Below are positions 17,818 to 26,452 of a stretch of DNA of 34,241 bases, in pieces. This stretch comes from a virus. Taxonomy: Duplodnaviria; Caudoviricetes. Position numbers and translations under genes: made by a program. Position 1 is the stretch's first letter. Each line of letters begins with the position of its first letter. The stretch spans positions 1-34,241 of the IMG/VR virus record IMGVR_UViG_3300037785_000004; one strand, 5' to 3'. A model generated the notes under the pieces. The model worked only from the letters and a program-made list of their open reading frames with translations, was not told the DNA's origin and ran no database searches.

Positions 17818-17840
17818 AAACAGACTCCGTTGTGTTGAAG

Positions 17841-18152
17841 CTATTTATGCGAACCGTATCTCATAGCGGAAATATCTTTAGCTTGCTCCTCACTCGTTAT
17901 CGGAACGGCATTAGACTTGTGCATAGTCGCAATGCCCTTGATTCGAGTTCCTGTGTATGCTTTAGCTTCTTTCTTGGAGCCATTGCTACAGATAGAGTTA
18001 GACAGCGGAGAGTTGGAATTGGTGCGATAGTCAGGAAGGTCGTATGGGCTTTCGGAGGGTTTGCCCCGAACTCCCATACTCTTGAGCCATGCTTCGTGTC
18101 TCTTCTTGGCGTCTTCCCTGGCTTGCTTTTGAGAAATCTTAGCTTTGGGCAT
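17841..18152 (-). CDS. Conserved T4-like hypothetical protein
   Basis: YTGT.IKGIATMHKSNAVPI motif recalled from T4-like phages. Confidence 0.65.
   Translation of the reverse strand: MPKAKISQKQAREDAKKRHEAWLKSMGVRGKPSESPYDLPDYRTNSNSPLSNSICSNGSKKEAKAYTGTRIKGIATMHKSNAVPITSEEQAKDISAMRYGSHK
17842..17849 (-). promoter_or_regulatory. Late promoter (CATAAATA)
   Basis: Overlaps the stop of the upstream ORF, about 25 nt before the nuclease ATG. Confidence 0.65.
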
Positions 18153-18309
18153 TTAGCTTGGCTTCATAAACTTCCTTGACGAACGAAAAGGGTGCGCAAG
18201 ACAATCTCTGCGCGACGTAGAGCAGGTTGTCTACGGCATACTGTTCCCGAGCGCACTCCATGATGTGTGCCTCTTGAAGTGCTTCTTGGATGAGGTCGAC
18301 CAGTTTCAT
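18139..18309 (-). CDS. Small hypothetical early protein
   Basis: GGAG RBS, ATG at 18309 (MKLVDLIQEAL...), downstream of an early promoter. Confidence 0.55.
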   Translation of the reverse strand: MKLVDLIQEALQEAHIMECAREQYAVDNLLYVAQRLSCAPFSFVKEVYEAKLNAQS

Positions 18310-18341
18310 TCTTACACTCCAGTGTGTTGCGACTAAGTTAC

Positions 18342-18369
18342 ACTCTATCACATATGTCGGTCCTGTCAA
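18342..18369 (-). promoter_or_regulatory. Sigma70-type early promoter
   Basis: Minus strand TTGACA-N16-TAGAGT with a TG extension. Confidence 0.55.
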
Positions 18370-18401
18370 GTCCTAAGTTTCACTGCGTCATAAATAGCTC
18401 C

Positions 18402-18530
18402 ATGTGGGTGTGTGTTTACGTCAACAACGTAAGAGGCAAGCGTTGATGCAATTTTTTGCAATCACCGTCGGAAGAGTCGAGATAGCTGTATTTCAGCCAG
18501 TGGGGTTCTGCTCGACACGCGCATCTTTTT
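18402..18530 (+). ncRNA. Candidate structured non-coding RNA transcribed against the gene flow
   Basis: Plus-strand CATAAATA at 18389-18396; gap lacks an ORF in the track; several stems; 5'/3' end pairing; U-run and downstream hairpin. Confidence 0.55.
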
Positions 18531-18531
18531 C

Positions 18532-18729
18532 TTAGGGGTAGCCTTCGGCTACCCCTTCTCTATATCCAATGGTGAAAAAATGAGGAGTGAACCCGTTAAA
18601 CCCAGACCCGAGATTCATAGACCTGCAAAGCGATCTAGCTGAATCCGCACACCCACATACAAAGACGGTCTGGTCGGTGCCTTGCTCAATAATGAGTGAG
18701 GCACCGTCTTTTTCCTCCACGTGGTACAT
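18532..18729 (-). CDS. Hypothetical protein
   Basis: 65 aa; TAATG coupling to gp41; MNLGSGFNGFTPHFF motif. Confidence 0.6.
   Translation of the reverse strand: MYHVEEKDGASLIIEQGTDQTVFVCGCADSARSLCRSMNLGSGFNGFTPHFFTIGYREGVAEGYP
18534..18562 (+). terminator. Hairpin, probable plus-strand terminator
   Basis: AGGGGTAGCC-TTC-GGCTACCCCT followed by pyrimidines on +; followed by A-rich sequence on -. Confidence 0.5.
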
Positions 18730-20168
18730 TATTTCAACTCCTTGAAGTTACGCTTACGCTTCTTGGGGGATCCAAGCATCTCAGTCTCTAGGCGACTACC
18801 GAAGTCGCTCTTGTCCATGATCGACTTCTCTGGTCGTGGACCGTTGTTGCTGTTCGGTCCTCCTGTGAGACCCTCTTGAGCCGATTCTTCGGCGTCGTAA
18901 AGGCGCATCTTGGAGCGGTCGATGCCGACCACGAACCTCTTTGGATTGGAGATATCTCCCCATCGGTTCTTGAGTTGCTTCACCATCAACTGACCCATGG
19001 ACTCTAGGTCTTCGCTAGTGATCAGCGCAGCCATGAAGTCCGCGGTAGCAGGTAGACCGAAAGATTCTGAGGTGTCCGTTAGATCCACGTCCGAGTTGCC
19101 ATAGCCACTTCGAGTCGTCTGCGTAGCCGTGATGATCGGTACGTTGAACTCCACAGCTAAACCACGGAGTTCTTCGGCGATAGCTTTGACGTAAGTGTAG
19201 GAGTTGACGTTGGCTCCGTGTTTGATACGGGAGCTAGCGCAGATGTTCAGGTAGTCGATATAGATGATGTCTGGCGCGAAGTTCTGCTTCAACCGGAGTT
19301 CGTTGAGGAGAAATCGAAAGTGGTTAGCGCCAGCTGAGGCTGTCGGGTATTCTTTGACGACCAGACGCCCGTTGGTTCGCTTCTTGACTCGCTCTATGCG
19401 AGAGGCGTAGACTTCTCGGGTCAAGAGGCGCAAGTCATCCAGAGTAACGTCTAGAAGGTTAGCGTCAATCCGTTCTGCGATCCTCTCTTCCGCCATCTCC
19501 ATCGTGATGTACAGGACGTTCTTGCCGAGCATGTAGTTGGCACCAGCCAGATGGCACATGACTAGAGTCTTACCCGTGCCTGTGCCACCGAGTAGAACCG
19601 ACAGCGATTTTCGAGAAAACCCTCCCTTAGTGATCTTGTTGACGTACTCCAGGTCACATTCGATTTTGTCTTCTTTCGTGTGGTAGAAGTCGTATCGCTC
19701 TTGGAAGTCTTCGGAGAAGTCGTGACCGATGTGAGAGTCGAAGGTGACCGCTAGCGCATCGCTGAGTAGCTTCGGAATGGATCCCTTCTCTAGCTTCTTG
19801 TCTTTGCCATCTAGCACCAAGATGGACTGACGAACGGCATTGTAGATGGCTCGGTCCTGGCAAAACTTCTCGGTCTCGTCGATGAGCCAATCTAGGTTCG
19901 TAGCTGGATCGTGCTTCAGGTTTTCGACGATGTTGCCGATTTCTTTGTACAGCGCTTCGTTCAGGTCTTCTCTGGATCCGAGGGCGATCTCCAACGCCTT
20001 GGCATTCGGTGCGCTGTTGTACTTGTCTACGTACTTGAAGATTTCTTCAAATACGACTTTCTGTCCCTGACTATCAAAGTACTCATCCTTCAGGAACGGT
20101 ATAACTTTGCGTAGATAGTCCTCATCGGCCATCAACCCCGCTAAGATAGTCTGTTCTATCATACACAC
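18729..20168 (-). CDS. 41: Replicative DnaB-like helicase (T4 gp41)
   Basis: Walker A GGTGTGKT, YITMEMAEE, IYIDYLNI, ATQTTRSG, SESFGLPATADF, QLKNR. Confidence 0.97.
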   Translation of the reverse strand: MCMIEQTILAGLMADEDYLRKVIPFLKDEYFDSQGQKVVFEEIFKYVDKYNSAPNAKALEIALGSREDLNEALYKEIGNIVENLKHDPATNLDWLIDETEKFCQDRAIYNAVRQSILVLDGKDKKLEKGSIPKLLSDALAVTFDSHIGHDFSEDFQERYDFYHTKEDKIECDLEYVNKITKGGFSRKSLSVLLGGTGTGKTLVMCHLAGANYMLGKNVLYITMEMAEERIAERIDANLLDVTLDDLRLLTREVYASRIERVKKRTNGRLVVKEYPTASAGANHFRFLLNELRLKQNFAPDIIYIDYLNICASSRIKHGANVNSYTYVKAIAEELRGLAVEFNVPIITATQTTRSGYGNSDVDLTDTSESFGLPATADFMAALITSEDLESMGQLMVKQLKNRWGDISNPKRFVVGIDRSKMRLYDAEESAQEGLTGGPNSNNGPRPEKSIMDKSDFGSRLETEMLGSPKKRKRNFKELK

Positions 20169-20370
20169 CCCTTATGATTCTAACTATGTCTTTCGACGAC
20201 ACGAAGATACAACGACTTTCGATCTCAGCTTTACGCCGGATCGGGATGTCGTAGTGGTCTCTGTGGAACCAGCAACGCTTGATTCCAAAGTCGGTCGCTA
20301 TTGCGTGGAGATTATCAGTAGAGTACGGTAGGCAGACTAGATGCCGCCTACCGTCTGTGACGTATATCAT
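20122..20370 (-). CDS. Small DUF4031-like protein
   Basis: HLVC.PYS..NLHAIA...GIKRCWFHRDHYDIP. Confidence 0.6.
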   Translation of the reverse strand: MIYVTDGRRHLVCLPYSTDNLHAIATDFGIKRCWFHRDHYDIPIRRKAEIESRCIFVSSKDIVRIIRGVYDRTDYLSGVDGR

Positions 20371-21446
20371 TCTTCGTCAGGTTCGTCGCTTAGATAATCA
20401 TCATACACCGAATCCTCCCCGTCGTCAACCATCTTCGTAGAGCCGACCTGATACCGGGTGTGAAGATATTCGTTGAACTTGGGGTTGGAGATGATCGGTA
20501 GCCAGAATGCAGCCGTGCTAGTGTCCTTAGCTCGATACTTCTTGTCTTCGATCTCGCCAGTCTCGGGGTCTACTTTGGAGTACCAGCCCATGCTTGGCTT
20601 CACGACGAACTGGCCTTCAATGGCGATGTCTAGCAGACCAGACCACTTGTCAATTCCCGACTCATATTTGGCGACGAACGGAAACTTGGACTTCTCTCGC
20701 ACATACCGAGACTTTTCGATGTTGATCGTGAATCGGTAGCCCTTGAGTTCCGTTCCCTCTTTCTCCTGAGCCTTCGTGATGATGAAGATTTGGTTGGCCG
20801 AGTAGATGCCACCGGTACCACCTGACATGACGGCTTTGCTGTAAAGCTCCATCGTCTGGTACGTATGGTTGATGGCGATGCACGGAATGTCTTTGATGGT
20901 GAGGTGTGGAGTCACGATACGCCAGAGCGACTTCATGACCTTAGCCCGAGACATGTCAGCTACCGACTTCTCGTCTCTGGCGTCTTCGACTTCTTTCTTC
21001 GAGGCCAAGTTGCCGATAGAGTCGATGAAGATGACGACCTTGTCGCCTCGTTCGATGGCTTCTAGGCGCTTGGAGATGTCGAACTTGAGTTCTTCAAGGT
21101 GCTCGATCGGTACGTGAATGACCCGATCAGTGTTGATGCCGTTCGCTTCGATGTACTCTGGAGTAATACCGAACTCGGAGTCGTAGAAGAGACAGACGGC
21201 GTCCTCATGCTTCTTCATGTACGCTTTCACCATCATGAGTCCCAAGAGAGACTTGAAGCTCTTCGACTCGCCTGCTAGGAACGTCAGACCAGGGGTAAGT
21301 CCGCCGTCTACCTTGCCAGAGAGCGCGATGTTGATGATGGGAATTTCGGTGGGTACGCTATCCTTGACGTTGAAGAAGTCGGAATCGGCTAGGATGTTCG
21401 CGTGTTTAACGGACCCCGACTTGCGGAGTTTGTCTAGTAAGCTCAT
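20367..21446 (-). CDS. uvsX: RecA-like recombinase UvsX
   Basis: AGESKSFKS, LFYDSEFG, IDSIGNLAS, INHTY, MSGGTG; ATG at 21446 after GAGG. Confidence 0.96.
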   Translation of the reverse strand: MSLLDKLRKSGSVKHANILADSDFFNVKDSVPTEIPIINIALSGKVDGGLTPGLTFLAGESKSFKSLLGLMMVKAYMKKHEDAVCLFYDSEFGITPEYIEANGINTDRVIHVPIEHLEELKFDISKRLEAIERGDKVVIFIDSIGNLASKKEVEDARDEKSVADMSRAKVMKSLWRIVTPHLTIKDIPCIAINHTYQTMELYSKAVMSGGTGGIYSANQIFIITKAQEKEGTELKGYRFTINIEKSRYVREKSKFPFVAKYESGIDKWSGLLDIAIEGQFVVKPSMGWYSKVDPETGEIEDKKYRAKDTSTAAFWLPIISNPKFNEYLHTRYQVGSTKMVDDGEDSVYDDYLSDEPDEE

Positions 21447-21477
21447 GGCTTTCCTCGTGTTTGTGTTGACTGTTTTA

Positions 21478-21510
21478 TACTGGGGAACTACCCCAGTACC
21501 ACTATTTAGT
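21478..21510 (-). promoter_or_regulatory. Late-promoter-like box plus hairpin upstream of uvsX
   Basis: ACTAAATA (21510-21503) followed by TACTGGGG-N5-CCCCAGTA. Confidence 0.5.
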
Positions 21511-24034
21511 CGCCGAACAAGTCTTCTAGGGTGGCGACCATCTCGGTGTTCCAACCGAGGCATGACACGATGTTCTGAATCGGAGTTCGGAACACCTTGT
21601 CAAACTGCGTTTCGTAGTCGATGAACTGGCCCAGGTCGAGGCTAGAATCCAAGTCGTCTACGAAGGAGATGACGTTTTCTCTCGTCGGGTTAGGCATCTT
21701 CAGGTAGACGAACTTGATCTTGTCTCCTGAAGCGATCTTCTCTAGGCGCTTGGTGTGCCCTTCGATGAACTGGTTGTACACGATGCAGCCGCGAATGTGG
21801 ATCGGGCATCCCTGTTTGTAGCCACGACCGACCATGTACTTTTCGATGTTGTCGGTCCCAGAAATCTTGGCGATCTGGCCTGCCGACATCTGGAAGAACT
21901 CTTTGCGGAAGTCTTCCACGAAGTCCTGAATGTCTCGCTCGCTGCCATCCAGGATGACTTTGAACGCTTCCATCATCTTCTTGCGGCAGACGTCTGGAGT
22001 CGAAGACCGAACAGCTTCAATCCCAGTCACCGATATCTTAGGTGTGCTGTAGTGGACGCCCTCACTGTTCAGGGTGCTGAGCACGTACCGCTTCTTGCCA
22101 GTGAAGACTGCTCGGCGATTGATCTTCTCTCGCGCCATCTCCATCTTGTTCTCATAGGCACCCATGACGTCTGCGAGTTCTTGGTAGCCGTCTGCGATGA
22201 CCTTGTTTAGCTTTTGCTCACATACCTTGTCGATGAACTCTTCGCCCTTGTCTCGGTCGATGTCTACCGTACCAAACACCTTCTCCACGAGCGGAGCCAA
22301 GTTGAGGTAGTTGGAGTCGGTATCGATGTAGACTGCATAGTCTACGTCCTTGGTCCCGAGCACTTGGTTGAAGTAGTTGTTGAAGGTCTTCTCCGCCCAG
22401 CGAATAGCTAGCTGACCCGACAGCGTGATAGCTTCGGCCATGTCCTGAATGTAGTACTGGAAGTGGATGTTCGCAGTAGCTCCATACAGAGAGTTCATGG
22501 CAATCTTGATAGCCATCTGTTCGTTGTGGAGTTGGTTCGCCTTCTTCTTGAGCGCCAGCTTGTCTTTCGGATCTTTGCAGACTTCGATTTCTTGCTCGAC
22601 CTTGAGCATCTGCTTCTTCACCTTCTTGCGGCGCGCGTAGTACTCTTCGATGATCTGAGGAATGATCCCGCGTTTGGCTTTAGTGAAGCAGGCTCCGTTG
22701 GCGGCTACTGCGACCTCGGGGTCTTCGTTTCGGTAGAGACCGTTCAAGACTAGATCCGGGGTCACTGTCTCTTTCCGGCTAGAAAGATAGGTCTCCGGAG
22801 ACATGTTGTAGCCCATCATCAGGTGAGGATAGAGGCTGTTAAGGTCAAATGAGACGATCCAGTCGTACATACCGGGAACCGGGTCTTTCACGTAACCACC
22901 AGCGATTTCGCCTCTGGAGCGATCTTTCACCGACTTCACCGGCGGTACCACGTTCTCGGTCATCATGCGACGATAGAGCGTGGACTCCCAAATACCCACA
23001 GTACCGAACGCGTCTCCATAGTTGACTCCACCACCATAAGCGACTGTCATGGTAAGCGCCAACAGACCAGTCTCGTCTTCTAGACGTTGGAGCAGGTACG
23101 TGTCTTTCAGAGAGTAGTCGAGGTACAGGTGAGGGTTCTTCTTGTAGAGTTCGGTCAGGGATCCGTACTCGGAGTAGTCGACCTTCTTCTCGCCGAGAAC
23201 CACCTCACAGATGTTGTCTAGCTTGTAGCTAGCTTGGGTGCCGTACTTGTACCCGAACTTCTTGAAAGCGTCCATGTAGTCGATGATGGAGATACCCTCG
23301 ATGTGGAACGTTTTCTGTTCCTTGCCGAACATCTCGACCGAACGTTCCCGAATGCGACCCCACGGAGAAAGCTCCTTGGCTTTCTCTTCGCCCAAGAGGC
23401 GCATGATACGGAGCACGATGTAGCGGATATCGAAGAACTCGACGTTCCATCCAGTTACGATGTCTGGGTAGTCTCCAGTCCATAGCTGCACGAAACGACC
23501 GAGCATGTGCGCTTCCGACCGACACTTCTCGAAGCGGATGTCATCAGGATCGATTCCAGTGATGGTCTTAGTCTTGTCGTAGTCTTTGAGCCCGAGAAGG
23601 TAGTACGTGCTGGTCCGCGAAGACTTAAACGAGATGGCCGTGATCTCGTTATCAGCCTTGTTCATGTCTGGGTAGGAGTGCTCAATATCGACCTCGATAT
23701 CGAAGGAGACTATGTTGATCTTGGAAGGGTCGAACTTGATTTCACCAGGAAAACGGCTCTGGATATACTGAGTCACGAAGTTGCTGGATCCGTAGACTTT
23801 CAGGTTGTCTACGTCTTTGTACTTCTCTACGAACTCCTTAGCTTCAACGATAGATTCGAAGCGCTTCTCTCGCAGAGGAGTTCCGTCTAGGCCGTAGTGG
23901 GTGGGTTCGTCGTCGGTCTTCAGGAAGAGGGACGGCTGAAACGGGATCTTCTTCTGGATTGGGACCCCGTCTTGGTTGTAGCCACGATACAGAATGGTGC
24001 TGCCTCTAGAGGCAACATTAGTGTAGAAGGACAT
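21506..24034 (-). CDS. 43: Family B DNA polymerase (T4 gp43)
   Basis: ExoI FDIEV, ExoII GWNVEFFDI, SFDLNSLYPH, KIAMNSLYG, YIDTDS, KKRY; single uninterrupted ORF. Confidence 0.98.
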   Translation of the reverse strand: MSFYTNVASRGSTILYRGYNQDGVPIQKKIPFQPSLFLKTDDEPTHYGLDGTPLREKRFESIVEAKEFVEKYKDVDNLKVYGSSNFVTQYIQSRFPGEIKFDPSKINIVSFDIEVDIEHSYPDMNKADNEITAISFKSSRTSTYYLLGLKDYDKTKTITGIDPDDIRFEKCRSEAHMLGRFVQLWTGDYPDIVTGWNVEFFDIRYIVLRIMRLLGEEKAKELSPWGRIRERSVEMFGKEQKTFHIEGISIIDYMDAFKKFGYKYGTQASYKLDNICEVVLGEKKVDYSEYGSLTELYKKNPHLYLDYSLKDTYLLQRLEDETGLLALTMTVAYGGGVNYGDAFGTVGIWESTLYRRMMTENVVPPVKSVKDRSRGEIAGGYVKDPVPGMYDWIVSFDLNSLYPHLMMGYNMSPETYLSSRKETVTPDLVLNGLYRNEDPEVAVAANGACFTKAKRGIIPQIIEEYYARRKKVKKQMLKVEQEIEVCKDPKDKLALKKKANQLHNEQMAIKIAMNSLYGATANIHFQYYIQDMAEAITLSGQLAIRWAEKTFNNYFNQVLGTKDVDYAVYIDTDSNYLNLAPLVEKVFGTVDIDRDKGEEFIDKVCEQKLNKVIADGYQELADVMGAYENKMEMAREKINRRAVFTGKKRYVLSTLNSEGVHYSTPKISVTGIEAVRSSTPDVCRKKMMEAFKVILDGSERDIQDFVEDFRKEFFQMSAGQIAKISGTDNIEKYMVGRGYKQGCPIHIRGCIVYNQFIEGHTKRLEKIASGDKIKFVYLKMPNPTRENVISFVDDLDSSLDLGQFIDYETQFDKVFRTPIQNIVSCLGWNTEMVATLEDLFGD

Positions 24035-24052
24035 TCACACCTCAGATTTGAA

Positions 24053-24071
24053 GGGGGCGACAAGCGCCCCC
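24053..24071 (-). promoter_or_regulatory. Hairpin upstream of the gp43 RBS (candidate translational operator)
   Basis: GGGGGCG-CTTGT-CGCCCCC about 9 nt before GAGGTG. Confidence 0.5.
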
Positions 24072-24076
24072 AGTTG

Positions 24077-24406
24077 TCAGGTAACTATGATAGCTGGCTC
24101 TTCTTCGTCATTATCTACCAGTGTAACATAGAGAACACCGTTTGTCAACTTCGCTGTCTCGACCACGTGGTCGTCTCCAACGTAGAGACTCAGGTGTACG
24201 TTCGGCAGAGCATAGCCGAGACGGACGTATGAAGAGACCCCATCCTCTTCTCTCGCGTTAGCTTCGATCTGCAAGGTGCCATTGCGCAGTCTCACCTTGA
24301 TGTCTTCTTTGGGGTAACCGGGAATAAGGACGCTGACGACATACTTGCCGTCTACCGTATTAGCCACGTTGTATGAGTTAGTGGGTCTACTGGACCTAAA
24401 GTTCAT
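24077..24406 (-). CDS. Small heat-shock protein (Hsp20)
   Basis: YNV...IPGYPKEDIKV...LQIEA...A.LTNGVLYVTL; GGAGGT RBS, ATG at 24406. Confidence 0.8.
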   Translation of the reverse strand: MNFRSSRPTNSYNVANTVDGKYVVSVLIPGYPKEDIKVRLRNGTLQIEANAREEDGVSSYVRLGYALPNVHLSLYVGDDHVVETAKLTNGVLYVTLVDNDEEEPAIIVT

Positions 24407-24420
24407 TTCACCTCCATATT

Positions 24421-24825
24421 TTATTTGGGTTGCGGCTTCTTTCCCATCGTGTATTTCGGAACTAGTACCCAATTGCGCTTATCCTGGAAAGACAGCACTT
24501 TGATGGTAGAAAGGGGAGCTATTGGGTTTTCGGCTACTTCCGGGTTAACGATGTCTACCAAATTCCACTCTTCTAGCAGTCTTGCAATAGTATTTCTTCT
24601 GGCTCGGTCTTCCTCAGCAAGCTCTTTAGCTTTACCGTCCAGAATGAACAACTCCTTGAAGTGGACTATGAAATAGCGTCCGCGTTTATGGAGTATGTGG
24701 CAAGACTGGTATAGCTTGTTGTCTTTCTTAGACGCAAACCCTATTCGAGTTAGGGTTTCTTTGACCTTCAGAAATGCCTCATCGTTCGGGAGTTTAACCT
24801 CTATGAACGTGGAGACTATATCCAT
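24421..24825 (-). CDS. regA: Translational repressor RegA
   Basis: FLKVKETLTRIG, LYQSCHILHKRGRYFIVHFKELF, RRNTIA.LL..W. Confidence 0.97.
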   Translation of the reverse strand: MDIVSTFIEVKLPNDEAFLKVKETLTRIGFASKKDNKLYQSCHILHKRGRYFIVHFKELFILDGKAKELAEEDRARRNTIARLLEEWNLVDIVNPEVAENPIAPLSTIKVLSFQDKRNWVLVPKYTMGKKPQPK

Positions 24826-24882
24826 GATGGCACACCTTCTTCTTCTTATTTTCGATACCATGATTCATGATCAAATCACGCA

Positions 24883-25290
24883 CTATTTATGAGAAGGTGC
24901 TTTCACAGGATCTCCGCATACCCGCAACAGTTCCTTCTTGTCGTCCTTGCTCAGGAGCTTCTCATACTGTTTGGCGACTGTGCGCGAACACTTGTAGTAT
25001 AGCTGAATGGCGTCTAGGAGCGGATCCTTCTCCTCTTTCGGCCACTTACCCTTACTCTTGCGGTTCAATTTTGGAAGACTGTAGAGGTAGAACTCATACT
25101 GAGCCCGCTTCGGCAGAGAATGGTGCAAGTTCATCAAGTTCGCGTGAAGTACCGAACTTGGATGCATGGAGAAAGCTTTATTGGCTGTAACCGGAGAGTA
25201 TACAGACTCGGCCGCTTCGTCGTCCTCAGAGCCACGCATCAGGTTCTTCTTGGTCAGAGAAGCATCGTTGATGAGGTCAAATACGTCCAA
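24883..25290 (-). CDS. 62: Clamp loader small subunit (T4 gp62)
   Basis: ANLMN...QYEFYLYSL...KW.K, YYKCS...A; synteny gp44-(orf)-62-regA. Confidence 0.88.
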   Translation of the reverse strand: MDVFDLINDASLTKKNLMRGSEDDEAAESVYSPVTANKAFSMHPSSVLHANLMNLHHSLPKRAQYEFYLYSLPKLNRKSKGKWPKEEKDPLLDAIQLYYKCSRTVAKQYEKLLSKDDKKELLRVCGDPVKAPSHK

Positions 25291-25453
25291 TATCTTGATC
25301 TCCCTGTAGATACTCCTTACGGCACTGGTCGCATATGTAGAACTTACCGGGGCCGTCCGAAGCCGTGTAGTGTATGACCGTCATCTTCTTCTCTGGAGTG
25401 GCGGTCTTACACATGCTGCATTTGCGCTTCTTCTTCAAAAGCTGAGATATCAT
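25277..25453 (-). CDS. Small zinc-ribbon protein (58 aa; below ORF-track cutoff)
   Basis: MISQLLKKKRKCSMCK...FYICDQCRKEYLQGDQDIGRI; two CxxC pairs; ATGA overlap with the gp44 stop. Confidence 0.7.
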   Translation of the reverse strand: MISQLLKKKRKCSMCKTATPEKKMTVIHYTASDGPGKFYICDQCRKEYLQGDQDIGRI

Positions 25454-26403
25454 TTGAAGTCGGCCTCGACCATGAGCGTGGCTAGCGCGGCCACTCGGTT
25501 GATCTCCGGGATAGCCACAAACGCTTCTTGGTACTGGTACTGAGCTAGCGTGATGATCGACTCCGCGATAGAGGTAGTGCTAGCTAGCTTGGAGGGAAGC
25601 ATGTCGTAGATAGCGCGATAGAGCGCAGACGAGTCGATATCTCCGTTTTCCACTACCCACTTACGAACTTCGGTGAAGTTCTTCTCCTTCATGAGGGTGA
25701 ACAGTCTTTCTACGGCTGCTTCGCTGCTAGAACCAATCAGGATCCCCTCATCGATGATGCCAGACGCAGCGTAGCGCTGGAGTTCGTTCAACACCCGACG
25801 CCAGTCTGGGAAGTGGATCTGGATTAGCTCCGCGACGGCTTTGGGCTTGAACTCGACGCCCTCTTTCTTGAGGATATCACATGCCCGCTTGTAGAACGCC
25901 GCAGCGATCTTTTGCTTATCTTCTTTGGGAATCTTGAAGTCTACGACTGAGCACCGAGAGTGGATAGGTTCGATGATCTTGTTCTTGAAGTTGCACGTCA
26001 AGATGAAGCGGCAGTTGTCCGCGAACTCCTCCATGAAGTTGCGAAGCGCAGCTTGAGTCGCGGCACTCAAGTAGTCGGCTTCGTCTAGGATGACGTACTT
26101 GATCCCTCCGGCGAAAGATACCGTCGAAGCGAAGTTCAGGATTTCTACGCGGAGAGTGTCGATCCCGTTCTTCATGGACCCGTTGATGATGATATAGTCG
26201 GCTCCGATTTCTTTCATAATCGCTTTGGCCACTGTGGTCTTACCGACACCAGCGCGACCAGTGAACAGAAGGTTTGGCATGTGGTCTTGTTTGATGAACT
26301 GCTTCACCACGTCCTTGATGGACTGAGGCAAGATAGCGTCTTCGATGGTCTGCGGACGATACTTTTCGACCCAGATGGAGTTATTTAGTTGGATATCCGA
26401 CAT
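25450..26403 (-). CDS. 44: Clamp loader large subunit (T4 gp44)
   Basis: WVEKYRP, GRAGVGKTT, ILDEADYL, SRC. Confidence 0.97.
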   Translation of the reverse strand: MSDIQLNNSIWVEKYRPQTIEDAILPQSIKDVVKQFIKQDHMPNLLFTGRAGVGKTTVAKAIMKEIGADYIIINGSMKNGIDTLRVEILNFASTVSFAGGIKYVILDEADYLSAATQAALRNFMEEFADNCRFILTCNFKNKIIEPIHSRCSVVDFKIPKEDKQKIAAAFYKRACDILKKEGVEFKPKAVAELIQIHFPDWRRVLNELQRYAASGIIDEGILIGSSSEAAVERLFTLMKEKNFTEVRKWVVENGDIDSSALYRAIYDMLPSKLASTTSIAESIITLAQYQYQEAFVAIPEINRVAALATLMVEADFK

Positions 26404-26429
26404 TGCGACCCTTTCATGTTGTAGAAGAA

Positions 26430-26450
26430 GGAAGGGGACAAGCCCCTTCC
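26430..26450 (-). terminator. Hairpin between gp45 and gp44
   Basis: GGAAGGGG-CTTGT-CCCCTTCC-TTCTTCT. Confidence 0.5.
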
Positions 26451-26452
26451 AA

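Noticed and set aside
18402-18530. tRNA or CRISPR mini-array in the intergenic gap
   Set aside because: No T-loop GTTCGA/CCA cloverleaf and no direct repeats; no tRNA or CRISPR array was seen anywhere in the window.
21506-24034. Split polymerase, intron or intein in gp43 (also checked gp41 and uvsX)
   Set aside because: Lengths are normal and motifs are contiguous.
26382-26389. ACTAAATA late-like box
   Set aside because: Lies inside the 5' end of gp44 with no nearby downstream gene start; probably chance.
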